Position numbers and translations under genes: made by a program
In this document: positions 39,482-49,300 of the stretch, one piece after another
Layout: each line of letters opens with the position of its first letter
Numbering within the stretch: the stretch's first letter is position 1
Notes under the pieces: generated by a model
Seen by the model: the letters and a program-made list of their open reading frames with translations, nothing else
Told to the model about the DNA's origin: nothing
The model's database searches: none
Assembly (NCBI GenBank): GCA_043745805.1
Contig: JAYTSD010000017.1
Coordinates: 160,001 to 224,000, forward strand
Source of the DNA: Fibrobacteria bacterium
GTDB taxonomy: Bacteria > Fibrobacterota > Fibrobacteria > UBA11236
Reading direction: 5' to 3'
DNA: 64,000 nt

Positions 39482-41016
39482 TATTTTTTTCCTGTTGCTT
39501 TAGTTGCATTAGGAAGTGCAAGTGCTTCCCGTTTTTCGATTTCTTCAGTAGTTAAAAAATGTACGACCCCAAAATCACTAAGTTGAGCATTATGCTTTTC
39601 ATCTTTTGCTAATAACGCAGCCTTTGGCCCAACAATGACAATGCGCATAGAATCGGGATTAAAATATTTGGCAAAAGTTTGTTCTACTTCAGATTTTGTC
39701 ATAGCTTGAATCGTTTTCACATATTCGGTGAAATGATTTAAATCTCTTTTCCAAATTTCTCCTTGTGCAAAAATGGAAGCGGTTGCTGAAGGGGTATCAA
39801 AAGTAGAAGGCAAACTTTTAATTAAACCATCCTTCGCTCTTTGTAATTCTTCATCGGTTATGCCTTCTTTAGCCATTTTCAACATTTCTTCTTTAATCAA
39901 TTTCAAAGCATAAGCCGCGGTTTCCACCTTGGTTTGTAAGGAAACATATACGGTACCTGACCTTTCATAATCACTGACAACCTCACTGCCGATGCCATAG
40001 GCTAGGCCTTCATTCGAGCGTACCCGAGTTACCAAGCGAGAAGTAAAGCCCCCATCGCCAAAAATGGAGCTGGCCACAATTAAGCGATAATAGTCTGGAT
40101 GAGGACGTTGCACACCCATAGCCGAAAGTTTAATAGTGGCTTGGGAAAAAGTTTTATCCACCACATAAACACCAGCAGTTTGTGGGCCTTTAAAAGATGG
40201 GGTTTTAATGACGCTATCAATTACGCTAACTTTTGGTTTAGGAAATTTTGCGACCAAGGCATTCAAATTTTTCAGCATCTCTTCGCGATTAAATTGACCC
40301 GACACCGCGATCACTAAATTTTGCGAGGTAAAGCCTTTTCCCAATAAGAATTTTAATTCCGAAGGCGTCAGTTTTAATATTTCTTTTTCTTGAGGCATCC
40401 AATTGGAAGGATGACTTCCATACATAACGAATTCAGAAGCCGTTCCCATTACTCCACGAGGAGTATCATAGCGGTGACGTATGGCCTCCCCTATTTTTTT
40501 CTGTTGTAATTTAAAAACCTCAGGATCCAGACGCGGCTGTAAAACTATTCCAGGCAATAATTGCAAAAGGGGATAAAAATCCTTCTGCATACAATTTATG
40601 CCCATTTCACTTTGGTAATCTCCCACATGTGCGGAGAGCGAGGCGGCGACAAATTCTAAAGTATCTTCCAATTTTTCGGGTGAAAAACGTTTAGTACCAC
40701 CCGTTTTTAACAAGGACGCATATAAAGTGACTGCCGCTACTTCGGACGGTTTTAAAGGTAAATTCGGAACTCCAAAATAAAGCGTCATCGAGATCAAGCC
40801 GAGCGTGCTATCGGGTACCAAATAAGCTATGGCTCCCCCATCTAATGCAATGCGAAAATCTTGGGGAGCGGGCGGATTATATTCCCAATTTGGAAAATTT
40901 ATTTTTGAATAATGACTAGGCAAAGCATTTGCATCGGATTTGGTTACTGTGGTTTTAGCGTAGGCAATGCTTAAGCTCATTCCAAGGAGTACGGTGAATT
41001 GTTTTAGCGTTTTCAT
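39481..41016 (-). CDS. M16 peptidase, non-catalytic subunit
   Basis: Signal peptide, GGT, FGDGGFTSRL..RVR..EGLAY; no HxxEH. Confidence 0.85.
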   Translation of the reverse strand: MKTLKQFTVLLGMSLSIAYAKTTVTKSDANALPSHYSKINFPNWEYNPPAPQDFRIALDGGAIAYLVPDSTLGLISMTLYFGVPNLPLKPSEVAAVTLYASLLKTGGTKRFSPEKLEDTLEFVAASLSAHVGDYQSEMGINCMQKDFYPLLQLLPGIVLQPRLDPEVFKLQQKKIGEAIRHRYDTPRGVMGTASEFVMYGSHPSNWMPQEKEILKLTPSELKFLLGKGFTSQNLVIAVSGQFNREEMLKNLNALVAKFPKPKVSVIDSVIKTPSFKGPQTAGVYVVDKTFSQATIKLSAMGVQRPHPDYYRLIVASSIFGDGGFTSRLVTRVRSNEGLAYGIGSEVVSDYERSGTVYVSLQTKVETAAYALKLIKEEMLKMAKEGITDEELQRAKDGLIKSLPSTFDTPSATASIFAQGEIWKRDLNHFTEYVKTIQAMTKSEVEQTFAKYFNPDSMRIVIVGPKAALLAKDEKHNAQLSDFGVVHFLTTEEIEKREALALPNATKATGKK

Positions 41017-42587
41017 TTGCCTTCCTCCCCTTCGGTTATTTTAGCCTGGGACAGCGTATTTTTTTTATCGGTTTTTTCTTTACTCAATGGTTTTATTTCT
41101 GGAATCAAAATGCCAACCGTAGATTTTTTTTTCAAAAAATATTCTTTGGCAATCCTTTGCACATCATCGGCGGTTACCTTTTGCACATTTGCAGGGAAAG
41201 TATTAATATTATTCCAGCCTCCACGCATTTCCCAATAAGCCAGTTCGGTTGCTAATTCATCAAGGTCTTCTAAAGATCTTTGGCTGCGCGCAAGTACTTG
41301 ATTTTTTGCGCGTTGCAATTCTCTTTCACTAATTGGTTTTTCAGCTAATTCATTGAGTACTTCCCAAATAGCACTTTCCACTTTATCGGCTTTTGGATTC
41401 GGACCTAATTGTGCGGATATGGAAAAGTTAGATGTGTATTTATCTACCCCATTTCCTCCATCTGCCGAAGTTGCAATTTTTAAATCCTTCACTAATTTTT
41501 TATACAATCTTCCGCTTTTACCGGAGAGCACTCCTTCCAAAATATCGAAGGTATATAAGTCTGCATCTGGGAAACCAGGTGTGTGAAAAAGCATGTCCAA
41601 ACGAGGTTCGGCGGCATTTTTTTCAACAATCATTCGCTTCTGTCCAATTTGGGGTGGCTCCTGGGTTAATACCGGAGGAAAATCTGCACCGCGTTTAATG
41701 GGGGCAAAATATTGTTTTATTTTCTCCAAAGCCTCCGGAGCATTGATATCACCGGCTAATACTAAAATGCAATTATTGGGTTTATAAAAACTTTTATAAT
41801 GGGCCGCTGCCGCTGCTTGCGATAATGCTTTTATATCCGAAGGATAACCGATAGTAGGAAATCGAAAAGGATGCGCTTCATAAAATACGCCCATTAAACT
41901 TTCCCAGTAGCGCCCGGTAGGACTGTCTTCTACGCGCATACGACGTTCTTCTTGTACCACATCACGTTCAGGATAAAATTCGCGTAAGATTGCATTTTGC
42001 ATACGATCGGATTCCAACCAAAGAAACAAATCCACTTTATTTTTAGGTAAAGACACAATATAGGCTGTCATTAAATCCGAGGTAAAAGCATTCAGTCCCG
42101 TGCCACCATTTTTTTCATAGGCTTCCCATAACTCGTATTTATGTATGAGCTTACGTTGTTCACTTAATAAAGAATCGTATTGATGACGTAAGTTCAAGGT
42201 TTTACCGGAATCAAGTGGTAACAAAGCAGTTACGGCCTCTAAATTCATCATTACATTTTCAATTTTGCTTTCGAGAACGGCATCCGCTACGGAATCAACG
42301 GTCCCCACTTTTTTCGTGCCTTTAAAAAGCATATGCTCCAATAAATGCGCAATACCAGTATGGCCTGGTGCTTCATGCACCGATCCTGTAACGTAGAAGA
42401 TACGACAAGACACAATAGGCGCACGATGATTAGGATATAAAATCACCTTTAAACCATTGTCTAATACGGTATATTGAGCGGCGATTTCCGCTTGCACTAG
42501 CGAGGTCATTGCCAAGGCGGCCATATTCACAAGCCCTAAAATTTTAAATCCTCGAGTAATTAACTTTGTTAGGAAAATGTTTGGCAT
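41013..42587 (-). CDS. M16 zinc peptidase, catalytic subunit
   Basis: LDNGLKV, GSVHE, GIAHLLEHMLFKGT (HxxEH), NAFT, LESDRM, VVQEERR. Confidence 0.92.
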   Translation of the reverse strand: MPNIFLTKLITRGFKILGLVNMAALAMTSLVQAEIAAQYTVLDNGLKVILYPNHRAPIVSCRIFYVTGSVHEAPGHTGIAHLLEHMLFKGTKKVGTVDSVADAVLESKIENVMMNLEAVTALLPLDSGKTLNLRHQYDSLLSEQRKLIHKYELWEAYEKNGGTGLNAFTSDLMTAYIVSLPKNKVDLFLWLESDRMQNAILREFYPERDVVQEERRMRVEDSPTGRYWESLMGVFYEAHPFRFPTIGYPSDIKALSQAAAAAHYKSFYKPNNCILVLAGDINAPEALEKIKQYFAPIKRGADFPPVLTQEPPQIGQKRMIVEKNAAEPRLDMLFHTPGFPDADLYTFDILEGVLSGKSGRLYKKLVKDLKIATSADGGNGVDKYTSNFSISAQLGPNPKADKVESAIWEVLNELAEKPISERELQRAKNQVLARSQRSLEDLDELATELAYWEMRGGWNNINTFPANVQKVTADDVQRIAKEYFLKKKSTVGILIPEIKPLSKEKTDKKNTLSQAKITEGEEGK

Positions 42588-42590
42588 AGA

Positions 42591-44303
42591 TTACTCTCCC
42601 CAATCGATAATGGAATAGGTGTAGCCTTGTTCAGTTAAAAACAATTGACGGTTCATACCAAATTCTTGTTCCTTGGTATCACGCGTAATTAAAGTATAAA
42701 AGTGGGCTAAAGCGCCATTGGCCTTTGGTCTCAATACTCTACCCAATCGTTGAGCCTCTTCTTGACGGCTTCCAAAAGTTCCCGAGATTTGAATCAAAAT
42801 ATTCGCATCGGGAATATCGATAGCAAAGTTACCTACCTTACTCACCATCAAGGTTTCGATAACGCCGTCACGAAATTCTTTAAAGAGTACTTCTCTATCA
42901 GGATTCGAAGTGGCTCCAGTGATAAGCGGCACTTTGAGTAAAGTAGATAAAGCATCTAATTGCTCTAAATATTGACCGATAATTAAAACCCGTTCATGTT
43001 TATGCTTCACCAATAACTCTTGCACCACGGCAAATTTTTCGCGATTACAGGAAGCCAACATCACCTTCTGGCGCAAATCAGCCATGGCATAGGTCATTTT
43101 TGCTTCGGGCCGTAAACTTACGCGTACTTCGGTACAATCGGCGGTGGCAATCCAGCCTTGTTGTTCCAGTACCTTCCAAGGTACCTCAAATTTTTTCGGA
43201 CCAATTAAAGAGAACACATCTTTTTGGCGTCCATCTTCACGAATTAAAGTGGCCGTCAAACCTAAACGACGTGTCGCTTGCATTTCCGCTGAAATACGAA
43301 ATACCGGTGCTGGCAAAAGATGAACTTCATCATAAATAATCAATCCCCAATTATTCCGCTGGAATAAATCGAAATGAGGATAATCTTCGGTTTTACGTTT
43401 GCGATAGGTAATAATTTGATAAGTCGCTACCGTAACTGGCGCAATACATTTAAGATCGCCGGTATATTCAGAAACTTGTGCCGGTATTAAAGTCGTTTTA
43501 TCTAAAATTTCACGTATCCATTGGCGCGCAGCCGTTACGTTGGTCGTTAAAATTAAGGTTTGTGTTTTGCAGTGAGCCATAATAGCTAAACCCACTAAGG
43601 TTTTTCCTGCACCGCAAGGCAAAACAATAACACCGGACCCACCTTTTTCGCTACCTCCAGCATGAAAAACTCTTGCTCCATCAACTTGATAATCACGCAA
43701 ATTAAGAGGTTTATTGTCTGACAACATAGCGGATCGCAAGGTAACATCCAGCGGAGTACCCACGGTGTAACCCGCTAAATCTTCGGCTGGAAAACCAATT
43801 TGCGTCAAAGCCATTTTCACTAAACCACGCGAATGAGGCATTAATACTAATTGATGTTCATTTAATTCTTTTTCGATATAATTGGCAATTTGCTTATTGT
43901 GTTTTATTTCATTAAGCAAAGCTTCATCTTCAGTTTCTAAAACCAATTGACCATCTACACGGATGATACGGACCAAGCCATAGCGACCCATAAAGGTTTC
44001 AATTTCGTATACCAAATTATGAGGCAAGTCGAAGCGGGAAAATTTACGCAGAGTTTCCAAAATGGTTTCTGCGGTTTGACCCGAAGCTGCTGCATTCCAC
44101 AAGGATAAATGGGAAATGGCATAGGTGTGTATATGCTCTGGACTTTTAACCAGCTCCGTAAAAGCAGCGATAGAATCACGAGCTTCCGTGTACATTGGAT
44201 GGGCCACTTCTAAAAGTGCCGTCATATCGCCCTGTACGATTAGTGGTCCTGGTTGTGTCGATTGGATTGAGGATGGAATCAATTGTACCTCGGAATTACC
44301 CAT
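42591..44303 (-). CDS. Bacterial XPB/Rad25-like DNA helicase
   Basis: ELVKSPEHIHTY, LRDYQ, GVIVLPCGAGKT, DEVHLLPA, LGLTAT, QRLGRVLRPK. Confidence 0.92.
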   Translation of the reverse strand: MGNSEVQLIPSSIQSTQPGPLIVQGDMTALLEVAHPMYTEARDSIAAFTELVKSPEHIHTYAISHLSLWNAAASGQTAETILETLRKFSRFDLPHNLVYEIETFMGRYGLVRIIRVDGQLVLETEDEALLNEIKHNKQIANYIEKELNEHQLVLMPHSRGLVKMALTQIGFPAEDLAGYTVGTPLDVTLRSAMLSDNKPLNLRDYQVDGARVFHAGGSEKGGSGVIVLPCGAGKTLVGLAIMAHCKTQTLILTTNVTAARQWIREILDKTTLIPAQVSEYTGDLKCIAPVTVATYQIITYRKRKTEDYPHFDLFQRNNWGLIIYDEVHLLPAPVFRISAEMQATRRLGLTATLIREDGRQKDVFSLIGPKKFEVPWKVLEQQGWIATADCTEVRVSLRPEAKMTYAMADLRQKVMLASCNREKFAVVQELLVKHKHERVLIIGQYLEQLDALSTLLKVPLITGATSNPDREVLFKEFRDGVIETLMVSKVGNFAIDIPDANILIQISGTFGSRQEEAQRLGRVLRPKANGALAHFYTLITRDTKEQEFGMNRQLFLTEQGYTYSIIDWGE

Positions 44304-44465
44304 TGTTTACCTATGGCGAAAAATTTTACAAAAAACCAAATGTCATCCAGTTCTCTGGGCTTTTAGCCACCAAAATTGAGAACCGCAATTTACAATTTTA
44401 TTAAGTAATAGATAAGGGACTAGGGCTATTTTTGGAAAATTTGCCACTTTATTGCTGGATTTCAG

Positions 44466-45230
44466 CTACTGACCTGGTATTGCTGCCAATAAATGTTGGG
44501 TGTATTCATGCTCGGGTTGGGAAAAAAGCTCTTCTGAGGATTTCATTTCCACAATTTCACCTTTTTTCATTACCGCAACGTTATCGGAAACATGTTTAAT
44601 CACGCGCAAATCATGGGAAATAAATAAATAACTCAAATTGAATTGTTCTTTTAAATCCAATAATAAATTCAAAATTTGGGCTTGGATAGAAACATCCAAC
44701 GAAGAAACTGGTTCATCACAAACAATAAATTCAGGCTCCACGCATAAAGCACGTGCAATGCCAAGGCGTTGTCTTTGGCCTCCAGAAAATTCATGAGGGT
44801 AACGCGCAAGATAACTAGGGTCTAGGCCTACGGAGCGCATTTTGGTGGCGGCTATTTCGTCCCAAACTTTTTCTTCCCCAGGATGGCCTAGACTTAAAGC
44901 CTCTCTAAGACTTCGGCGCAGGGTAAGCTTGGGGTCGAGTGAGGAATAAGGATCTTGAAAAATAATTTGGATTTTTTTGCGATAAGGCAAAAAGGCCTTT
45001 TCTGAAAGCGGTAATATATCTTCGTCTTGAAATTCAATTTTTCCACTTTTAGGTTGTAGTAATTTAATGATAGAACGTCCGACCGTGGTTTTACCACAGC
45101 CCGATTCCCCGACTAATCCTAAGGTGGAATGTTTGGGAATATTAAAACTAACATCGCGTACAGCTCTCACAAGGCTTTCACCACGGCCGTATTCCACACA
45201 AAGATTTTTGACTGCTAATAAATCAGGCAT
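44466..45230 (-). CDS. Peptide-type ABC transporter ATP-binding protein (OppF/DppF-like)
   Basis: GESGCGKT, FQDPYSSL, YPHEFSGGQRQR, CDEPVS, SHDL, HEYTQHLL. Confidence 0.9.
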   Translation of the reverse strand: MPDLLAVKNLCVEYGRGESLVRAVRDVSFNIPKHSTLGLVGESGCGKTTVGRSIIKLLQPKSGKIEFQDEDILPLSEKAFLPYRKKIQIIFQDPYSSLDPKLTLRRSLREALSLGHPGEEKVWDEIAATKMRSVGLDPSYLARYPHEFSGGQRQRLGIARALCVEPEFIVCDEPVSSLDVSIQAQILNLLLDLKEQFNLSYLFISHDLRVIKHVSDNVAVMKKGEIVEMKSSEELFSQPEHEYTQHLLAAIPGQ

Positions 45231-45369
45231 GAGGGAAAGATAAAAAAATCTTGCGTGCTTCTAAAGAGAAGCTGCTTAAATTAATCAGCGACAGTATAAT
45301 CGTTACCGCGCTGCTTAGGATTAGGACATCAATTTAGGAAGAGGCTTATGCTCCTTACTAACTGTCTTT

Positions 45370-46356
45370 TCATTTGCTTTTAGTAGATGGATTTGTAGCC
45401 TTTAGTATTTCGTCTAAACCTATCTCCACCGTAAAGCGATGTGTTTGTCCTAGTGACAACTCACTGCTTTGACTGGTCTGAAACGCATACTGTACAGCTA
45501 CTCCAGAAAAATTAAAACCCAATCCTCCGGTGAATAGCATATTGTCTCGGCTATTTTGAAATATACTATTGGCCCCACCTCGCACAAAAATGCTCCAATT
45601 ATCTTTGGAGAAACCATACTCCAAACCACCAAAGCCTTTATAATTGCTCGCTACACCATTTATTCCTTCGGTGTATTCCACATCTTTTTTGTTGGCAATA
45701 TCCGTGGCCACAGTAATCTGATGATGAGCATTGCTCCAAATATAACCCAAACCGTAGCGCAGTTCCGGTTCAATTTTATCACCCATCATATCGGCGCCTA
45801 ATGAATGCCCAGCAATACCGAAGCGAAAACCATATGGAAATTGCGTGAGAAATCCTAAATCAAAACCTGTTCCCGCACCATTATCGTTACCGCTGCTCAG
45901 CACATAGCGATTAATACTCACACCTATACTGGTATGTTGAAAGCCCAATAAGTTGTCCCAAAGCTCACGACCACCAGCTAACGAGAAATCATGCTCGACC
46001 CAATTATTCGTTTTGTAAGTATCGGTATTACCTTCTTCCAAATTTGCGTACTGCATCAACCAGCCACCTGCTAAAACTCCCACACCACTGATAGGAAATA
46101 CACTGTTGAAATAATTCACATTCAATCCGGATATATCCTTCAGCAACCAATTCGTTTCCGAAAAAGTAATTCCTTTGATTTGAGGAAGCCCTGCTGGATT
46201 CCAATAAGTGGCCGAGGCATCATTTGCGATGGCGACAAATGCCCCGCCCATACCAAAGCCGCGTGTTCCCATTTGTAAATCCAATGGTTTGGAAATACTA
46301 TATGTTACGCTGAGGGAAATGCCCAATAAGAGTCGAAGCCAATTTTTGTTTTGCAT
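45370..46356 (-). CDS. PorV/PorQ-family outer-membrane beta-barrel (T9SS-associated)
   Basis: GTRGFGMGGAFVAIANDASATYWNPAGL N-terminus, GFDLG, C-terminal LGQTHRFTV; AAGGAGG RBS. Confidence 0.8.
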   Translation of the reverse strand: MQNKNWLRLLLGISLSVTYSISKPLDLQMGTRGFGMGGAFVAIANDASATYWNPAGLPQIKGITFSETNWLLKDISGLNVNYFNSVFPISGVGVLAGGWLMQYANLEEGNTDTYKTNNWVEHDFSLAGGRELWDNLLGFQHTSIGVSINRYVLSSGNDNGAGTGFDLGFLTQFPYGFRFGIAGHSLGADMMGDKIEPELRYGLGYIWSNAHHQITVATDIANKKDVEYTEGINGVASNYKGFGGLEYGFSKDNWSIFVRGGANSIFQNSRDNMLFTGGLGFNFSGVAVQYAFQTSQSSELSLGQTHRFTVEIGLDEILKATNPSTKSK

Positions 46357-46365
46357 AGTCCCTCC

Positions 46366-49300
46366 TTATTTCTTCACCAGCCCAAGGGGCTTGCGGATGA
46401 GTTGTGAAATTTTGCCATCATCAGATACGTATTTAAAGACATAAACATAAAGTCCTGCACCTGCGAATTTGCCGGATACATTTTGCCCATCCCATTCTTC
46501 TGAAAATGTGCCAGCACTTTTTACCGTTTGCAAAGGAATGATTTCCCTGGCCATATCACCTGCTAAATCAAGAATATGCAAGGATACTTTTCCTGCCGCA
46601 GGCAATTGATAATTGAATACCGCAGGTTGATTTTGATGGATAGGATTGTGATTCCAATATACCTTAAGTTTGGTGGGAAGGGGCGCGATATCCGAAGCTA
46701 GATCATATAGGGTAAAATGATTTACAGTTACCGTAACACGATGGTTAATTAAGTCGCGACTTGACTCTCCCGCTTTGACCCACGTAGAACCATCCCAAAA
46801 AACAATGCTCAGGGTTTTGGGGTCAATATCGGGAATACCATCTTGGTTTTTATCCAAATCCGCTTCAGTATACGATAAAGTAAGTGTTACAGGTTTACGG
46901 AATATGGTTTTATCCGGTCCATATTCATGGGGCACGCCTAAAAGCTTAATTTGGTTGTCCAAAGGTTTTGGCTCTTCGATAGGATCCACAATACGAACTG
47001 TTACCTCCAGAGGATGGTATAAAGATTGGGCTGGGATAGTTACCCCGCTGCCATCAGGGCTAGTAATGGTGGCCGCAGAATCGGGCTTCACTAAAACGGT
47101 GACCTTCGGTTCAATAAATGTTACTTCGCCGGATACTGTATCGATATTCCCTGCCCTATCTCCCGTAACTAAGAGGATACGGTTTTTTCCCGGCACCAAA
47201 TTAATGATGCGGCTGAATTTTCCTTGGTCCAACGGAATACCGTTAGGACTGTTGTTAACATGCGCAGCACTATCATTGAGCACAACTAAGTTCACAAAGG
47301 CCATGCCTGAGCCTCCGCTATCGCTAAAATTGCCCTTCATCACCAATTTTTCGCTATATACTTCCCCGTGCACACTATCCGCTCCGCGTACAGGTTTAGG
47401 AAGCAAATTGAATACAGCAATAGGTGCAATATTGTCCAGTACCACAAAGCTTTGTAAGGTGGTATCATTGCCCAAAGCATCACGTCCACGTAAGGAATAA
47501 AGAATTGCTCCTGAAGTATCATTGTTAACATTCACAGTTGTGCTAAACACATTGTCACCCGCCACTAAGTCACCGTTCAAACCGTCATCATGCATAATTA
47601 AGGTTTGAGGAGTCGTCGCAATTTTCGCTGTGTATAACACCATCGCAGAATCCTTATCTAAGCCAGCAATATAATCCAAGCCTAGGGCCGAAATTACGAG
47701 TGGCAAACCTTTTTTACTTATGCTGCCATTATCAGGATAGCGCACCGAAGGCATGCTAATTTTTGGGGCGGAATTATCAATTTGCATAGAGACGATAGAG
47801 GACAAACCATTTTTTCCACTGCCATCCGTGCTACGTATTTGTAATGTGAAAGCCCCATCTTTAAATAATCGCGTATCCCAATTAAAGGTGGAATCCGACG
47901 CAACTTGCCAAGCGCCACCCGCTAAAGCAATTTCATTTTTAACAATGACATCGGGCGCTACAGCCTTAGCCTTAAAGCGTACTGTCGTTAAACCGTTCAC
48001 TAAAGCCGCCGGAGTTGGGTTATTAATAGTTACCGTAGGCGCATTGCGAATATTAAACTTCACAATCGTGGAGAAAGCCGTCTTGCGATTGCTATCGCGC
48101 ACCTGTAATTGCAATTGATGCGCCCCTTCAGTTAGAGCACGAGTGTCTAGGATCAAAGTTGAATCTGTATTCGTAGCTCGCCAGTTACCTCCATCCAGAG
48201 CATAAAAAGTCGAATCTACAAGTGCAGGCGCCATGGCTGATGCGTTGAAAAGCAAAGCTAGTTGCCCAGACACTGTCGAATCCGCCAAAGTTGTCAATAA
48301 GCGAATACTTGGAGCATTTTTACTGAGAACGGTAACCAGTAAAGACCAACCGACTTTAGCATTATTATCCGTGCTTTTAATTTGGAAAGTATGCGAACCG
48401 TCGATCCAAGCCACAGTAACCACGCTATCAACACCCGCAAGGCTCAAGGATGCATTCGCCTTACCGTCGACGTATAAAGAATCTGTAGCAATTGTCGCAA
48501 TGCCTTTAGGCGTAACGGTGTAGGTCAGGGCAACTTTTCCGGAGACCGCAGATCCAGCTATGGGCGTGGTTAACACAACAGTGGGTCCATTCTGTATCAA
48601 ATAACTTACAACTTGGGAAGTCGCTTGCCCACCAGCGGTATTGGTTACCCTGATTTGTACCGTATGATTTCCTTCACTTAAATTCGCCGTATTCCAGGTA
48701 TGCGTTGTTGTCGTAGTCGTAGCAATATAGGCCGCACCATCAATAGATATTTCCGTAACCGTGATGCTACCTGAACCTGCTGTAGTTGTAAAGGCTATAG
48801 TTTGCGTTCCTGAAAGCGTACTACCTGGAGTGGGTGTGCTTAAGCTGACAGTAGGTAAACTGCTGCTACCGCTGCCATTACCAATGGTCAAGGGTACTAA
48901 ACGATCCAAGGCTAAACCACGAATATTGGTTACGCGAAAAATTAAAGTGTCGGATCCGTTGGCCAGATTGGTTACGTTCCAAGATCCAGACCACTCCCCT
49001 GCCCTAGCAATTCGAGTTAAATCAATTTTAGTGGTGGTATCCGATGCACGAAAATATTTTACCGAAACAATGGAATCTACACCTGAACCTGCTAAACCAT
49101 TATCCTGCGCAAAGACACGCAAATTCACAACACCTTCTACGGTTGCATCATCGACCGGAAAAATCACTTGGGAATAGGGTGCGCCTAATTGTAATTCTGG
49201 CCAACCAATTGAGGAATATATACCCCCATTATTATCCAAAATCACACCATCGCTATTGGGAGAATATTCCCAATAATAATCCGCTACGGCTCCCGCTTTG

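Noticed and set aside
45231-45369. Short inverted repeats (GCTTCT/AGAAGC, CAGCG/CGCTG) as a possible ncRNA or riboswitch
   Set aside because: Stems are short and match no RNA family I can recognise
46775-49177. Several long plus-strand ORFs (up to 241 aa) opposite the giant secreted gene
   Set aside because: Antisense shadows of a Thr/Val/Ser-rich coding frame; no independent protein features
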